The notes: a model not told the origin generated them from the letters alone. 64,000 nt of DNA from an uncultured Chloroflexia bacterium (GCA_963707215.1 CAVPPB010000003.1:992001-1056000); one strand, 5' to 3'. Positions 1 to 9,377 are shown, numbered from the stretch's first letter. Made by a program: numbers and translations.

Positions 1-509
1 ATCCGCTTCATCTCGGAGCCGGCCTTCGGCCTGCCCAACTTCGCGATCAGGCTCTGGTAGAGGCCGTTGACCTTCGGGCTGTAGACGCTGCCGTCCGGGA
101 GCGGGAACCGCGCCGTGTCGCGCGGGATGCTGACGACCGCGGTCTGCCCGGTCTCGGCAGCGATCGAGACCACCATGATGACGTCCGTCCGGTTGCCAGG
201 GTGGGATGGCCGGTAGTCGGACCCAAGCAGCAGGATCGTGAACCGGCCGTCATGACCGACGAGGACGTCGGGCTCGGACGATGGCTCGAGAGAGGGCAGT
301 GGCTCGGGCGTTCGAGACGGCCGAGGGCTCGGACTCGGGGAGGAGGCGGCCATCGGCTCGGGCGACGGCGACGGCGAGGTCGCCGGGGAGCACCCCCCGA
401 TGACGAACACCGCCAGCATGGAGGCCGCTGCGACCAGCGCGAACGGCCGAGGGCGACGCCTGAAGCTCGAGGCGCGAGGGACGGCGAGGACCCGAGGATC
501 CAGCATCAT
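1..509 (-). CDS. LCP (LytR-CpsA-Psr) family lipoprotein, truncated at window start
   Basis: Not in the ORF track. Manual minus-strand translation: MMLDPR...AVFVIGGC (lipobox-like), Pro/Ser linker, then FTILLLGSDYR...RTDVIMVVSI...VSIPRD...KVN, typical LCP motifs. Runs off the window edge. Confidence 0.85.
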   Translation of the reverse strand, partial: MMLDPRVLAVPRASSFRRRPRPFALVAAASMLAVFVIGGCSPATSPSPSPEPMAASSPSPSPRPSRTPEPLPSLEPSSEPDVLVGHDGRFTILLLGSDYRPSHPGNRTDVIMVVSIAAETGQTAVVSIPRDTARFPLPDGSVYSPKVNGLYQSLIAKLGRPKAGSEMKR

Positions 510-615
510 CGCCGGGCCATCATGGTGCGTGGGCGCACCACCTGCCATCACCCGAAGGTCCCGGTCGACCCCGTACCCCACCGGACCGCTCATGCCTTCC
601 CCGGCTCGCCCGTCG

Positions 616-2007
616 CTAGGGCGACGGGCTCGGAGCTCCCGCGGCGGGGGTCCAGTAGCGGCTGTCCTCGCCATAGAAGTCGATGGACAGCTTGACGACG
701 GCGTCCATCTTCGGGACCAGGATGTAGGTGCCGCCGGTCTGGGAGAGCGGCGGCTGGTCCGCATACTTCCTGGGCCCGAGGACGACCCGCTCGACGGTCC
801 CGTCGTTGACCTTCCTGGCCAGGTCCAGCATCTCACCGATGCGTTCGGCCGGGAAGTTGGTGCGGACCGTCTCGCCGGCGGCCGCGATGAGCGACGGGAT
901 CTGGGGGATCACCGATGGATCGGTCAGTCGCTTGCGCAACGCGAGGAGGATCTCCTGTTGCCGGCGCGCCCGGGTGAAGTCATTGTCACCAGCGCCCTTC
1001 CGGGAGCGCGCGTAGGCGAGCGCCTCTTGCCCATCCAGGTGGTGCGGACCCGCAGAAAGCCGGAACCCGACGGGTCGGCCGTCGGTCCACCCGCCGTAGC
1101 CCGGATCGTTGATGGCCTTCTGGTTGACGATGTCGATCCCGCCGACGGCATCGACCATCTGGACGAAGCCCGGCAGGTTGATGGCCGCGTAGTACGGGAC
1201 GGGGACACCCACAAGGTGGCCCAGCGCGCTCATCAGCGCAGGCAGCGGCCCCTCCGGGAACTCGTCCGGGTGGCGCTGCGCGTAGCTCATCAACGAGTTG
1301 ATCTTGCCGCGATAGATCCGCCCGTCCGGCAACTCGAAGCGGGCCAGGTCCCGTGGGATGCTGATCATCGAGGTCTCGCCCGTCTGGGGGTCGATCGAGG
1401 CGACGATCATCGTGTCGGTGAGGTTCGTGCTCCGTCCGGGCTCCGAATCGATGCCCGTGATGAGCACGGTGACCCGCTCACCGGGCGGGGGCGGCGTCCC
1501 GACCGGCGCCACCGGGAACAGGTTCGAGGGATCCGGGGTCGCGCCCGGCGCGGCGCCCGGGTCGTCACCGGTGAAGATCTTGGAGCCGGCTTCGTAGACC
1601 GACCACAGTCCCCAGGCCAGGGAACCGTGGACCAGTAGGGTCACGAGACCGAGGGCACCGAAGGTGGTGAGGGTGGAGGGTCGTCGCCAGGCCCGCCGAT
1701 CGGCGACCTGGATGGCGTCGCCCATCGACAGGATCCGCCAGGCGGCGGTGGCAAGCGCCAGGATCGTGAAGGATCCGGCGATCGCTGGCGTCAGGAAGCG
1801 CAGCGCGAACGTCTCCCAGCCGGTGACCAGCTGCCAGAGGATCAGCCCCGCTAGGGCCAGGGCCGGGATCGCGAACAGGAGGGCCCGGACGGGCCGCGAC
1901 GCGTAGGCCTGGCCGAGGCCGGGCCACAGGAACGAGAGGGCCGTGGCGACGGTCGCAGAGCGGCCGCGGCGCGGGTCCGGTGGCATCCGGCTGGGATCAG
2001 GCTGCAC
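616..2007 (-). CDS. LCP family protein with N-terminal multi-TM domain
   Basis: Motifs VLITGID, TDTMIVAS, SIPRD, KIN, ALAYARSR, DFTRARRQQ; about four N-terminal hydrophobic segments; TGnTACATT -10-like element 9 nt before the GTG. Confidence 0.92.
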   Translation of the reverse strand: MQPDPSRMPPDPRRGRSATVATALSFLWPGLGQAYASRPVRALLFAIPALALAGLILWQLVTGWETFALRFLTPAIAGSFTILALATAAWRILSMGDAIQVADRRAWRRPSTLTTFGALGLVTLLVHGSLAWGLWSVYEAGSKIFTGDDPGAAPGATPDPSNLFPVAPVGTPPPPGERVTVLITGIDSEPGRSTNLTDTMIVASIDPQTGETSMISIPRDLARFELPDGRIYRGKINSLMSYAQRHPDEFPEGPLPALMSALGHLVGVPVPYYAAINLPGFVQMVDAVGGIDIVNQKAINDPGYGGWTDGRPVGFRLSAGPHHLDGQEALAYARSRKGAGDNDFTRARRQQEILLALRKRLTDPSVIPQIPSLIAAAGETVRTNFPAERIGEMLDLARKVNDGTVERVVLGPRKYADQPPLSQTGGTYILVPKMDAVVKLSIDFYGEDSRYWTPAAGAPSPSP

Positions 2008-2188
2008 GGCGGCGCGAATGTAGCACGGGTCGGCGTAACCCTCGTTCTATCGGCGGTCGGTCCCGGGCCTTCGGGCGGGACGACCCGATCAGGCTTCCCG
2101 GGGCTCGGTGGGGCCGGGGTTCTGACGGACCCGTCGCGGCGGGTGTGACGACCAGAGCGTCACCCCGGGGCAAGCCGTGATCCCGGCC

Positions 2189-2938
2189 CTACATCATCGC
2201 CAGGCCGCCGTCCACGCCCAGGACCTGCCCCGTGATGTAGGCGGCCTCGTCGCTGGCGAGGAAGGCGACCGCGTTGGCGACCTCGTCGGGGGTGGCGAAG
2301 CGACCCAGTGGAGTGGCGCCCATGATGCCGTCCTTGACCCGGTCCGGCAGGCCGTCGGTCAGCTCGGTGGTGACGAAGCCCGGCGCGACGGCGTTGACGG
2401 TGATCCCCCGCGAGGCCACTTCACGGGCGAGCGACTTGGTGAGGCCGATGAGGCCGGCCTTGGACGCCGCGTAGTTGGCCTGGCCGGCGTTGCCCATCTG
2501 GCCGGCCACGCTGGTCATGTTCACGATCCGCCCGGAGCGCTGCTTGATCATCGGCCGGAGGACGGCCCGGGCCATGTAGAAGGCGCCGGTCAGGTTGACG
2601 TTCAGCACCTCGGCCCAGGCCTCGTCGGTCATCCGCATCGCCAGGTCGTCGCGGGTGATCCCGGCGTTGTTGACCAGGATGTCGATCCGCCCGAACGCCT
2701 TGAGGGTCTCCTCGACCGTCGCCGCACAGGACGCCGGATCGGTCACGTCGCCGCCCACGCACACGGAGCGACGCCCGATCGCCTCGACGTCGCCCTTGGT
2801 GTGGTCGTCGATCAGGCAGGCGGCCCGGTCGATGAAGGCCACGTCGGCGCCCTGGCGCGCGAGCAGCAGCGAGACGGCCCGGCCGATGCCCCGGGAGCCG
2901 CCGGTGACGATGGCCACCTTGCCGGTCAGATCGATCAT
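2189..2938 (-). CDS. fabG: 3-oxoacyl-ACP reductase
   Basis: TGGSRGIG, NNAGITRD, YAASK SDR motifs; start MIDLTGK overlaps the fabH stop (ATGA). Confidence 0.95.
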   Translation of the reverse strand: MIDLTGKVAIVTGGSRGIGRAVSLLLARQGADVAFIDRAACLIDDHTKGDVEAIGRRSVCVGGDVTDPASCAATVEETLKAFGRIDILVNNAGITRDDLAMRMTDEAWAEVLNVNLTGAFYMARAVLRPMIKQRSGRIVNMTSVAGQMGNAGQANYAASKAGLIGLTKSLAREVASRGITVNAVAPGFVTTELTDGLPDRVKDGIMGATPLGRFATPDEVANAVAFLASDEAAYITGQVLGVDGGLAMM

Positions 2939-4128
2939 GCGTGGACCTCCGTGTGAGCGTGCTCCGGCTCGCCGGGAACGACGTCGTCGAGCGGCACGTC
3001 GACCGGTCCTGGCCGGGCCAGGACCTCGGCCAGGGCCGGCGGGATGGGATCGACCGAGTCCCAGTCGACCGGCAGGCGGACCGAGATGTCCTCGGGGCGG
3101 ACCGTCGCGGCCCGGGCGCCGGCCACCGGGTCGGCGGTCCACTCGATGGCCACCGCGCCGCTGGTGAACCCGGCCCCGAAGGCGACGATGACGATGCGAT
3201 CGCCGACCTTCACCCGGCCGGAGTCGACCGCCTCGGCCAGCGCCAGCGGGACCGACGCTGCCGAGGTGTTCCCGTAGCGGTCGACGTTGACGAACATCCG
3301 CTCCATCGGCAGGTCGAGACCCTTGGCCACCGCCTCGATGATCCGGATGTTGGCCTGGTGCGGGATGAACAGGTCGATGTCGTCGGGGTGGAGGCCAGCC
3401 CGCTCGATGGCCGCGAGGGCCGTGGAGGCAAGGGTCTTCGTGGCGAAGCGGTAGGTCTCACGGCCCTCCATCCGGATGAAGTGCTCGCCCCGGGCGAGCG
3501 TCTCGGATGATGGCGGGCTCTTGGCTCCCCCCGCGGGCAGCCAGATCATGTAGGCGCCCTGGGGCTCGGTCGTCAGCTCGACGCCCAGCGCCCCGCCCGG
3601 CTCATCGCGCCCCGAGACGACCACCGCTCCGGCGCCGTCCCCGAACAGGATGCAGGTGCCCCGGTCGGTGTAGTCGAGGAAGCGGGTCAGCAGCTCGGCG
3701 CCGACGACCAGGACGTGGCGAGCCAGACCGGCCGTCACGTACGCCTGGGCCGTGGAGAAGGCGTAGACGAAGCCGGAGCAGGCGGCCGCGACGTCCATCG
3801 CGGCGGCACGCGTGTTCCCGATCGCTTCCTTCACCAGCGCCGCCGTCGACGGCATCCAGTAGTCGGGGGTCAGCGTCGCGACGAGGATGAGGTCGACGTC
3901 GTCGGGCTCGATCCCGGCGACGCGGATGGCCCGCAGGCCGGCGGTCGCGGCCATCGAGGCCGTCGTCTCGTGGGCGGCGGCGACCCGTCGTTCGCGGATC
4001 CCGGTCCGGGTGACGATCCACTCGTCGTTGGTGTCGACCATCCGCTCGAGGTCGGCATTGGTCAGGACACCGGCCGGCGCGTAGGAGCCCCAGCCGGTCA
4101 CGTGAGCGCGCATTCCAGGATCGGTCAT
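2935..4128 (-). CDS. fabH: 3-oxoacyl-ACP synthase III with C-terminal extension
   Basis: WIVTRTGIRERR, AAACSG, HQANIRII, GNTSAAS, GAG motifs. Confidence 0.95.
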   Translation of the reverse strand: MTDPGMRAHVTGWGSYAPAGVLTNADLERMVDTNDEWIVTRTGIRERRVAAAHETTASMAATAGLRAIRVAGIEPDDVDLILVATLTPDYWMPSTAALVKEAIGNTRAAAMDVAAACSGFVYAFSTAQAYVTAGLARHVLVVGAELLTRFLDYTDRGTCILFGDGAGAVVVSGRDEPGGALGVELTTEPQGAYMIWLPAGGAKSPPSSETLARGEHFIRMEGRETYRFATKTLASTALAAIERAGLHPDDIDLFIPHQANIRIIEAVAKGLDLPMERMFVNVDRYGNTSAASVPLALAEAVDSGRVKVGDRIVIVAFGAGFTSGAVAIEWTADPVAGARAATVRPEDISVRLPVDWDSVDPIPPALAEVLARPGPVDVPLDDVVPGEPEHAHTEVHA

Positions 4129-4781
4129 AGAGGCTCCACCTCGAGGAGGGGCTGCTTCGCCTTCACCAGCTGCCCGTTCTCGGCCGCCACCCGGACGACC
4201 CGGCCCGACAGGTCGGACTTGATCTCGTTGAAGAGCTTCATCGCCTCGATCAGGCCGATGACCTGGCCGGCGACGACCTCCTGGCCGACCGTGACGAACG
4301 GCGCCGAGCCCGGCGACGGGGCCGCGTACCAGATGCCGGTCAGCGGCGCCTTGACCGAGGGTCGGCCGATCGGCGCGGCATGGGCGGCCGCCTCACCGGC
4401 CGGCCCACCGCCCGTGACCGGGGGGCCACCATCCGCCGGACCTGCCGGGGCGGCACCGGGCCCACCCGCCGGCACCGTGATCGCGATGGCCTCGGCGCGC
4501 CGGAGCACCAAGCCGGTGCCGCCCGCCTCCACCTCGAGCTCGACCAGGTCGCTGCCCTCGAGAACGGCAGCCAGCCGATCGACGAGCGCGAGCAGCGACG
4601 CGTCCGTCGAGCCGCGTTTCGGGAGGGTCGCGGCGGCCGAGTCCGATACAGGATCCGGATCCGACGCGAGGGCCGGGTCCGACGCGGGGGCCGGGTCCGA
4701 CGCCGCGCCATGCGCCTGCGCCTGCGCCTGAACGCCGTCGAACGACCCGTCCGGGACTGCCTGCGGCTCATGCTCGGTCAT
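4125..4781 (-). CDS. accB: Biotin carboxyl carrier protein of acetyl-CoA carboxylase (canonical, biotinylatable)
   Basis: IEAMKLFNEI biotinylation motif; Pro/Ala/Gly linker; start overlaps the fabF stop. Confidence 0.93.
   Translation of the reverse strand: MTEHEPQAVPDGSFDGVQAQAQAHGAASDPAPASDPALASDPDPVSDSAAATLPKRGSTDASLLALVDRLAAVLEGSDLVELEVEAGGTGLVLRRAEAIAITVPAGGPGAAPAGPADGGPPVTGGGPAGEAAAHAAPIGRPSVKAPLTGIWYAAPSPGSAPFVTVGQEVVAGQVIGLIEAMKLFNEIKSDLSGRVVRVAAENGQLVKAKQPLLEVEPL
4640..4705 (-). repeat. Imperfect 18-nt coding tandem repeat (SDPAPA/SDPALA/SDPDPV/SDSAAA) in the accB N-terminus
   Basis: gtccga/atccga recurs at 18-nt spacing on the plus strand. Confidence 0.6.
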
Positions 4782-6043
4782 CCGTCCCACCTCGTGAAGA
4801 CGAGGGCGGTGTTCTGGCCACCGAAGCCGAACGAGTTCGACAGGGCGACCCGGAGGTCGCGCCTGGCGGCCGTGCCGGGCGTGAGGTCGAGCCCGGCACC
4901 AGCTTCGTCGGGATCCTCCAGGTTGATCGTCGGGGGGATCGAGCCGGTCCGCAGGGCCTTGATCGTGGCCACGGCTTCGATCGCTCCGGCCGCCCCCAGG
5001 GTGTGCCCGAGCATCGACTTGTTGGCGGTCACGGCCACTCGCCGCGCGTGCTCCTCGCCGAAGATCGTCCGGATCGCCTGGAGCTCGGCCTTGTCGCCCT
5101 CGGGCGTCGAGGTCGCGTGGGCGTTGACGTGGTCGACCGCCTCGGGCGGCAGGCCGGCCTTCTCGAGCGCCCGGCGGGCGGCCCGGACGGCTCCCGTCCC
5201 GCCCGGCGCCGGGAGGGTGATGTGCGACGCGTCGGCCGTGGCCCCGTAGCCGACGATCTCGGCGAGGGGCGTCGCGTCGCGGTCCTCGGCATGCTCCAGC
5301 GCCTCCAGGACCAGCGTCCCGGCGCCCTCCCCGATGACGAAGCCATCGCGACCACGGTCGAAGGGCCGCGACGCCCCGGTCGGGTCGTCGTTGCGGGTCG
5401 ACAGGGCCTTCATCGAGCAGAAACCGCCCATCGCGGCCTCGTGCAGCGGCGCCTCGACGCCCCCGGCGAGCATGACGTCGGCATCGCCGCGGCGGATCGT
5501 CTCCCAGGCCTCGCCGATGGCGTGACCTCCGGTGGCGCAGGCCGAGCAGGTCGCGAAGTTCGGGCCGAGGGGCCCGAAGTGGATCGCGATCTGGCCAGCC
5601 CCGACATTGAGGATGCCCATCGGGATGAAGAACGGGCTGATCCGATCAGGGCCCCGCTCCGCCATCGTCAGGACGCCGTCGAACAGGGTGGAAGTGCCGC
5701 CGAGCCCCGACCCGACGATGACCCCGGTGCGCTCCGCCAGAACGCCCTCGAGCCGCCCGGGCAGGCCCGCCTGGTCCATCGCCTCGCGGGTCGCCACCAG
5801 GGTCAGCTGGATGTAGCGATCGGTCCGCCGCATGTCCTTCGGGCCGAGCACCCCGGATGCGTCCAGGTCGCGCACCTCGGCTGCCACACGCGAGGTCAGG
5901 CGCCTCGCGTCGAACGACGCGATCGGGGCCACCCCGGACCGCCCGGCGACGAGCCCGTCCCAGGTGGCCTCGACGCCCTGGCCGAGGGCGGAGACCACGC
6001 CGAGCCCGGTCACCACGACGCGGCGCGGAGCGCTCGAGTTCAT
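4778..6043 (-). CDS. fabF: 3-oxoacyl-ACP synthase II
   Basis: RRVVVTGLG, SACATG (catalytic Cys), HATST, KSMLGHTLGAAG, NSFGFGG; start MNSS overlaps the upstream stop. Confidence 0.95.
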   Translation of the reverse strand: MNSSAPRRVVVTGLGVVSALGQGVEATWDGLVAGRSGVAPIASFDARRLTSRVAAEVRDLDASGVLGPKDMRRTDRYIQLTLVATREAMDQAGLPGRLEGVLAERTGVIVGSGLGGTSTLFDGVLTMAERGPDRISPFFIPMGILNVGAGQIAIHFGPLGPNFATCSACATGGHAIGEAWETIRRGDADVMLAGGVEAPLHEAAMGGFCSMKALSTRNDDPTGASRPFDRGRDGFVIGEGAGTLVLEALEHAEDRDATPLAEIVGYGATADASHITLPAPGGTGAVRAARRALEKAGLPPEAVDHVNAHATSTPEGDKAELQAIRTIFGEEHARRVAVTANKSMLGHTLGAAGAIEAVATIKALRTGSIPPTINLEDPDEAGAGLDLTPGTAARRDLRVALSNSFGFGGQNTALVFTRWDG

Positions 6044-6786
6044 CGGACCAGCTTCCCCGTCCTGACGGTGGCGGCCCGGTAGACGTCGCCCGCGAGACCG
6101 CGCTCGGAGATGGCGTTGGCCACCGAGAGGGCATCGAAGTCGGTCCGCCGGATCTCGGCCGTGACCTCCTCGCCATCGAGGGTGACGAGGGCCCACGAGG
6201 CTGTCGGATCGCCGTCGAAGACGAAGCCGCAGGAGCCGTCGTTGACGATCTGCTTCCAGCCGAAGTCGCGGACTTCCGGCAGGTGGGTGTGGCCGCAGCA
6301 GATGATCCGAGCATCCGTCCGGGTGATCCGCTCCAGCACCACGGTGGCGTCCAGGTCGGTGTCGAAGCCGGCCGTCTGCGATCCCGGCGACGCATGGCAG
6401 GCGAGCAGCAGGGTGTCCCCGATGCGCAGCCGGCGTTCGGCCGGCAGGCGTCGGAGCCAGGCCAGCCGCTCGTCGTCGAGCGCGTCGTGCGCCCACTCGG
6501 CGGCGGCGACGAACGACGCGGGCGGGCCCTCGGGGAACCACGGGAAGGCCGCCCCGTAGTCGGCGTCGGCCACGGCGATGTCGGTGTTGCCCTGGATGAC
6601 GAGCGCCCCGTCGGCCTCGAGCTCGCGGACGGCGTCGACAGCGCCGACCGGATCCGGCCCGTTCATGACCAGGTCGCCGGCCACGAGGATCGCGTCCGGC
6701 TTCTCCTTCTTGATCGCCTTGCGGACGGCCTCCAGGGCAACGGCGTTACCGTGGATGTCCGAGAGGACGGCGACTCGGGCACTCAC
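6040..6786 (-). CDS. Metallophosphoesterase (calcineurin-like, YfcE/MJ0936-type)
   Basis: SDIHGN, AGDLV, GNTD, HAS, GHTHLP motifs. Confidence 0.9.
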   Translation of the reverse strand: MSARVAVLSDIHGNAVALEAVRKAIKKEKPDAILVAGDLVMNGPDPVGAVDAVRELEADGALVIQGNTDIAVADADYGAAFPWFPEGPPASFVAAAEWAHDALDDERLAWLRRLPAERRLRIGDTLLLACHASPGSQTAGFDTDLDATVVLERITRTDARIICCGHTHLPEVRDFGWKQIVNDGSCGFVFDGDPTASWALVTLDGEEVTAEIRRTDFDALSVANAISERGLAGDVYRAATVRTGKLVR

Positions 6787-7280
6787 CGGAGGACGCCTTC
6801 GCCCGGGATGATGAAGCTCAGGGTGGCCTCGCAGGCGACCTCGCCGTCGACGCTGGCGACACCGCGGCCACGGCCGAAGCGGCTGCCGAGCTTCTCCATG
6901 GTCACCTCCAAGCGGAGCGTGTCGCCCGGCTGGACGACCCGCTTGAAGCGGGTCTCGTCGATGCCGGCGAAGAGACCGATGCGATCACCGAAGCCCGGCT
7001 GCTTCGCGACGTAGACGGCCATCGTCTGGGCCAGCGCCTCCACCTGGAGCACGCCCGGCATGACCGGCAGGCCAGGGAAGTGACCCTGGAAGAACCACTC
7101 GGTGGCGGTCACCCCCTTGAGGCCGACGATCCGCTTCGCCTCCGGGTCGTACTCGGTGATCCGATCGACGAGCAGGAACGGCCAGCGGTGGGGGATGAGG
7201 GCCTCGATCTCGCGGGTGCTGTGGACGAGGCCGTCGGGAGCGGGATCGGTCACGGGTGCCTCCGGATGGCTGAGCGGCAT
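6783..7280 (-). CDS. fabZ: 3-hydroxyacyl-ACP dehydratase
   Basis: IPHRWPFLLVD, FFQGHFPGLPVMPGVLQVEALAQ, FKRVVQPGD. Start uncertain (ATG 7280 or GTG ~7253). Confidence 0.93.
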   Translation of the reverse strand: MPLSHPEAPVTDPAPDGLVHSTREIEALIPHRWPFLLVDRITEYDPEAKRIVGLKGVTATEWFFQGHFPGLPVMPGVLQVEALAQTMAVYVAKQPGFGDRIGLFAGIDETRFKRVVQPGDTLRLEVTMEKLGSRFGRGRGVASVDGEVACEATLSFIIPGEGVLR

Positions 7281-7311
7281 GGGTCCGGCCGAACGGCCGG
7301 GAGGCGACACG

Positions 7312-8682
7312 TCATCCGCGCGTCGCGGCGGCGAGGAAGGCCCCGCTGCCGACCCGGTCGATGAGGTTGGTGGTGAAGCGGCCCTCAAGGAACACGTCGT
7401 GCCGGAGGAGGGCCCGGTGGAAGCCGACGTTCGTCTCGGGGCCGTCGAGGATGAGCTCGTCCAGGGCGGTCCGGCTGCGCTCGATCGCGGTCTGGCGGTC
7501 CGGGCCCCAGACGATCAGCTTGCCGAGGAGCGAGTCGTAGAACGGCGGGACCTCGTAGCCGGCGTAGAGGTGCGAGTCCATCCGGACGAACGGACCGGAC
7601 GGCGGCAGGTAGCGCTCGATCGTCCCGGCGCTGGGCCGGAAGTCGTGGGCCGGGTCCTCCGCGTTGATCCGGAGCTCGATGGCGTGGCCGGTCGGCCGGA
7701 TGTCGGCCTGGGTCAGCCCCAGCCGCTCCCCGGCGGCGATCCGGAGTTGCAGCGTGACGAGATCGATGCCGGTCCGGATCTCGGTGATCGGGTGCTCGAC
7801 CTGGATCCGGCAGTTGATCTCGATGAAGTACCAGCTCCCCTGGGCGTCCACAAGGAACTCCAGCGTGCCGACGTTTTCGTAGCCGGCGGCGACGACCGCC
7901 TGTACGGCCCGGCTGCAGAGCTCGTCGCGGACGGCCGGCGACAGCGACGGTGTGGGCGACTCCTCGAGGATCTTCTGGTGCCGCCGCTGGACCGAGCAGT
8001 CCCGCTCGCCGAGGTGGATGCCGTCGCCGAAGTTGTCGACGGCGACCTGGACCTCGACATGGCGGTTCTCGTCAAGCCACTTCTCCAGGTAGAGCGAGTC
8101 GTCGCCGAAGGCGGCCTTCGCCTCCGACCGGCAGACCTTCATGGCCGTCTCGAGCTCGCGGGGCGTGCGGACCATCCGCATCCCCTTGCCCCCGCCGCCG
8201 GCAGAAGGCTTGATCAGGACCGGGTAGCCGATCCGCTCGGCCTCCCCGAGGGCGTGCAGCTCGTCGCGGAGCATCCCGTCGGAGCCGGGGATCGTCGGCA
8301 GGCCGTGGGCGGCCAGGAGGCGGCGCGTCCCCTCCTTGGAGCCGAAGCGCTCGAGGACCTCCGGCGAGGGTCCCACGAACGTCAGGCCGTGGGCCCGGAC
8401 CGCCTCGGCGAACCCCTCGTCCTCCGACAGGAAGCCGTAGCCAGGATGGACCGCCTCGCAGCCGGTCACCAGGGCGGCCGAGATGATCGACGGCGCCGAG
8501 AGGTACGACCGCTTGGCGTCGGCCGGCCCGATGCAGATGGCCTCGTCGGCCAGGCGCACCGGGAGCGAGTCCCGGTCGGCCTCCGAGTACGCGACGACCG
8601 CCTCGATCCCGAGGGTCCGGCAGGCCCGCAGGATCCGCAGGGCGATCTCGCCGCGGTTGGCGATCAGGACCCGCCGGAACAT
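7312..8682 (-). CDS. accC: Biotin carboxylase
   Basis: VLIANRGEIA, HPGYGFLSE, GGGGKGM, RDCSVQRRHQK, EINCRIQVEH, YDSLLGKLIV. Confidence 0.96.
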   Translation of the reverse strand: MFRRVLIANRGEIALRILRACRTLGIEAVVAYSEADRDSLPVRLADEAICIGPADAKRSYLSAPSIISAALVTGCEAVHPGYGFLSEDEGFAEAVRAHGLTFVGPSPEVLERFGSKEGTRRLLAAHGLPTIPGSDGMLRDELHALGEAERIGYPVLIKPSAGGGGKGMRMVRTPRELETAMKVCRSEAKAAFGDDSLYLEKWLDENRHVEVQVAVDNFGDGIHLGERDCSVQRRHQKILEESPTPSLSPAVRDELCSRAVQAVVAAGYENVGTLEFLVDAQGSWYFIEINCRIQVEHPITEIRTGIDLVTLQLRIAAGERLGLTQADIRPTGHAIELRINAEDPAHDFRPSAGTIERYLPPSGPFVRMDSHLYAGYEVPPFYDSLLGKLIVWGPDRQTAIERSRTALDELILDGPETNVGFHRALLRHDVFLEGRFTTNLIDRVGSGAFLAAATRG

Positions 8683-9377
8683 CAGGCCCCCACCGGCGTC
8701 GTGGGTCCAGCGCCGGCCCTGCCGTGGTCGGGCCCGCCGGGGCCGACCGCCACTGGGGCCGCGGGTGCTCCCGCGTGCTCGGCGCTGTCCACCCCGTCGC
8801 GCACCGCGCGGAAGGCCAGCAGGGGCTGGCCGTACTCGACGACGTCACCGTCCTCCGCGAAGGCCGTCTCCAGGACGCCGTCACCGGGTGCCACGACCTC
8901 CTGGCCGACGCCGAGGACGTCGACCCGGCCGAGGACGTCGCCTGACCGGACCCGGGCGCCCACCCGTCGGTGCTCCTCGTCGAGGTGGAGGACCCCGACT
9001 CCCGGCGACCGGCTGACGAGGGGGGCGTGGGCGAGGGCCTCGGCCAGCGGATCAGGGACCGCCGGCCCGATCGACGTCAACCGCGGGAGGTCGTCCGTCG
9101 CATGACCCTCATGGGCGACGTGCCCGGCACCCCGGCCCAGGCGACCGACCTCGCCGCGGTGGGCGCCGCGCCCGTGGTCGCTGTGCGGCTGGGCGTCGAT
9201 CCGCCGGCGCAGGCGCAGTCGCCAGGCGCCCTCGCGGACCTCGAGCTCGCCGAGGCCGGTCGCCGCGAGCCGCTCGGCGAGAGCCGGCAGCAGGTCGTCG
9301 GCGAGGCCCTCGATCGCGTCGTGGTCGGCACGGCGGGTCTCCGGGGAGCGGTCGTCGAGGGGGTGGCGGTCGGTCAT
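8682..9377 (-). CDS. BCCP-like protein lacking the biotinylated lysine (BADC-like paralog)
   Basis: BCCP-type N-terminus (LGELEVREG), His-rich linker and biotinyl/lipoyl-like domain (SPGVG...VRSGDVLGRVDVLGVGQEVVAPGDG...DGDVVEYGQPL). DVLGV replaces EAMKM, and the 231-aa protein has no Lys. Confidence 0.85.
   Translation of the reverse strand: MTDRHPLDDRSPETRRADHDAIEGLADDLLPALAERLAATGLGELEVREGAWRLRLRRRIDAQPHSDHGRGAHRGEVGRLGRGAGHVAHEGHATDDLPRLTSIGPAVPDPLAEALAHAPLVSRSPGVGVLHLDEEHRRVGARVRSGDVLGRVDVLGVGQEVVAPGDGVLETAFAEDGDVVEYGQPLLAFRAVRDGVDSAEHAGAPAAPVAVGPGGPDHGRAGAGPTTPVGA

Noticed and set aside
7102-9105. Long plus-strand ORF (667 aa) and many similar antisense ORFs (e.g. 400-1638, 42237-43868, 44974-46722, 58823-60199)
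   Set aside because: Shadow ORFs opposite well-supported genes; expected at this GC content and without recognisable motifs.
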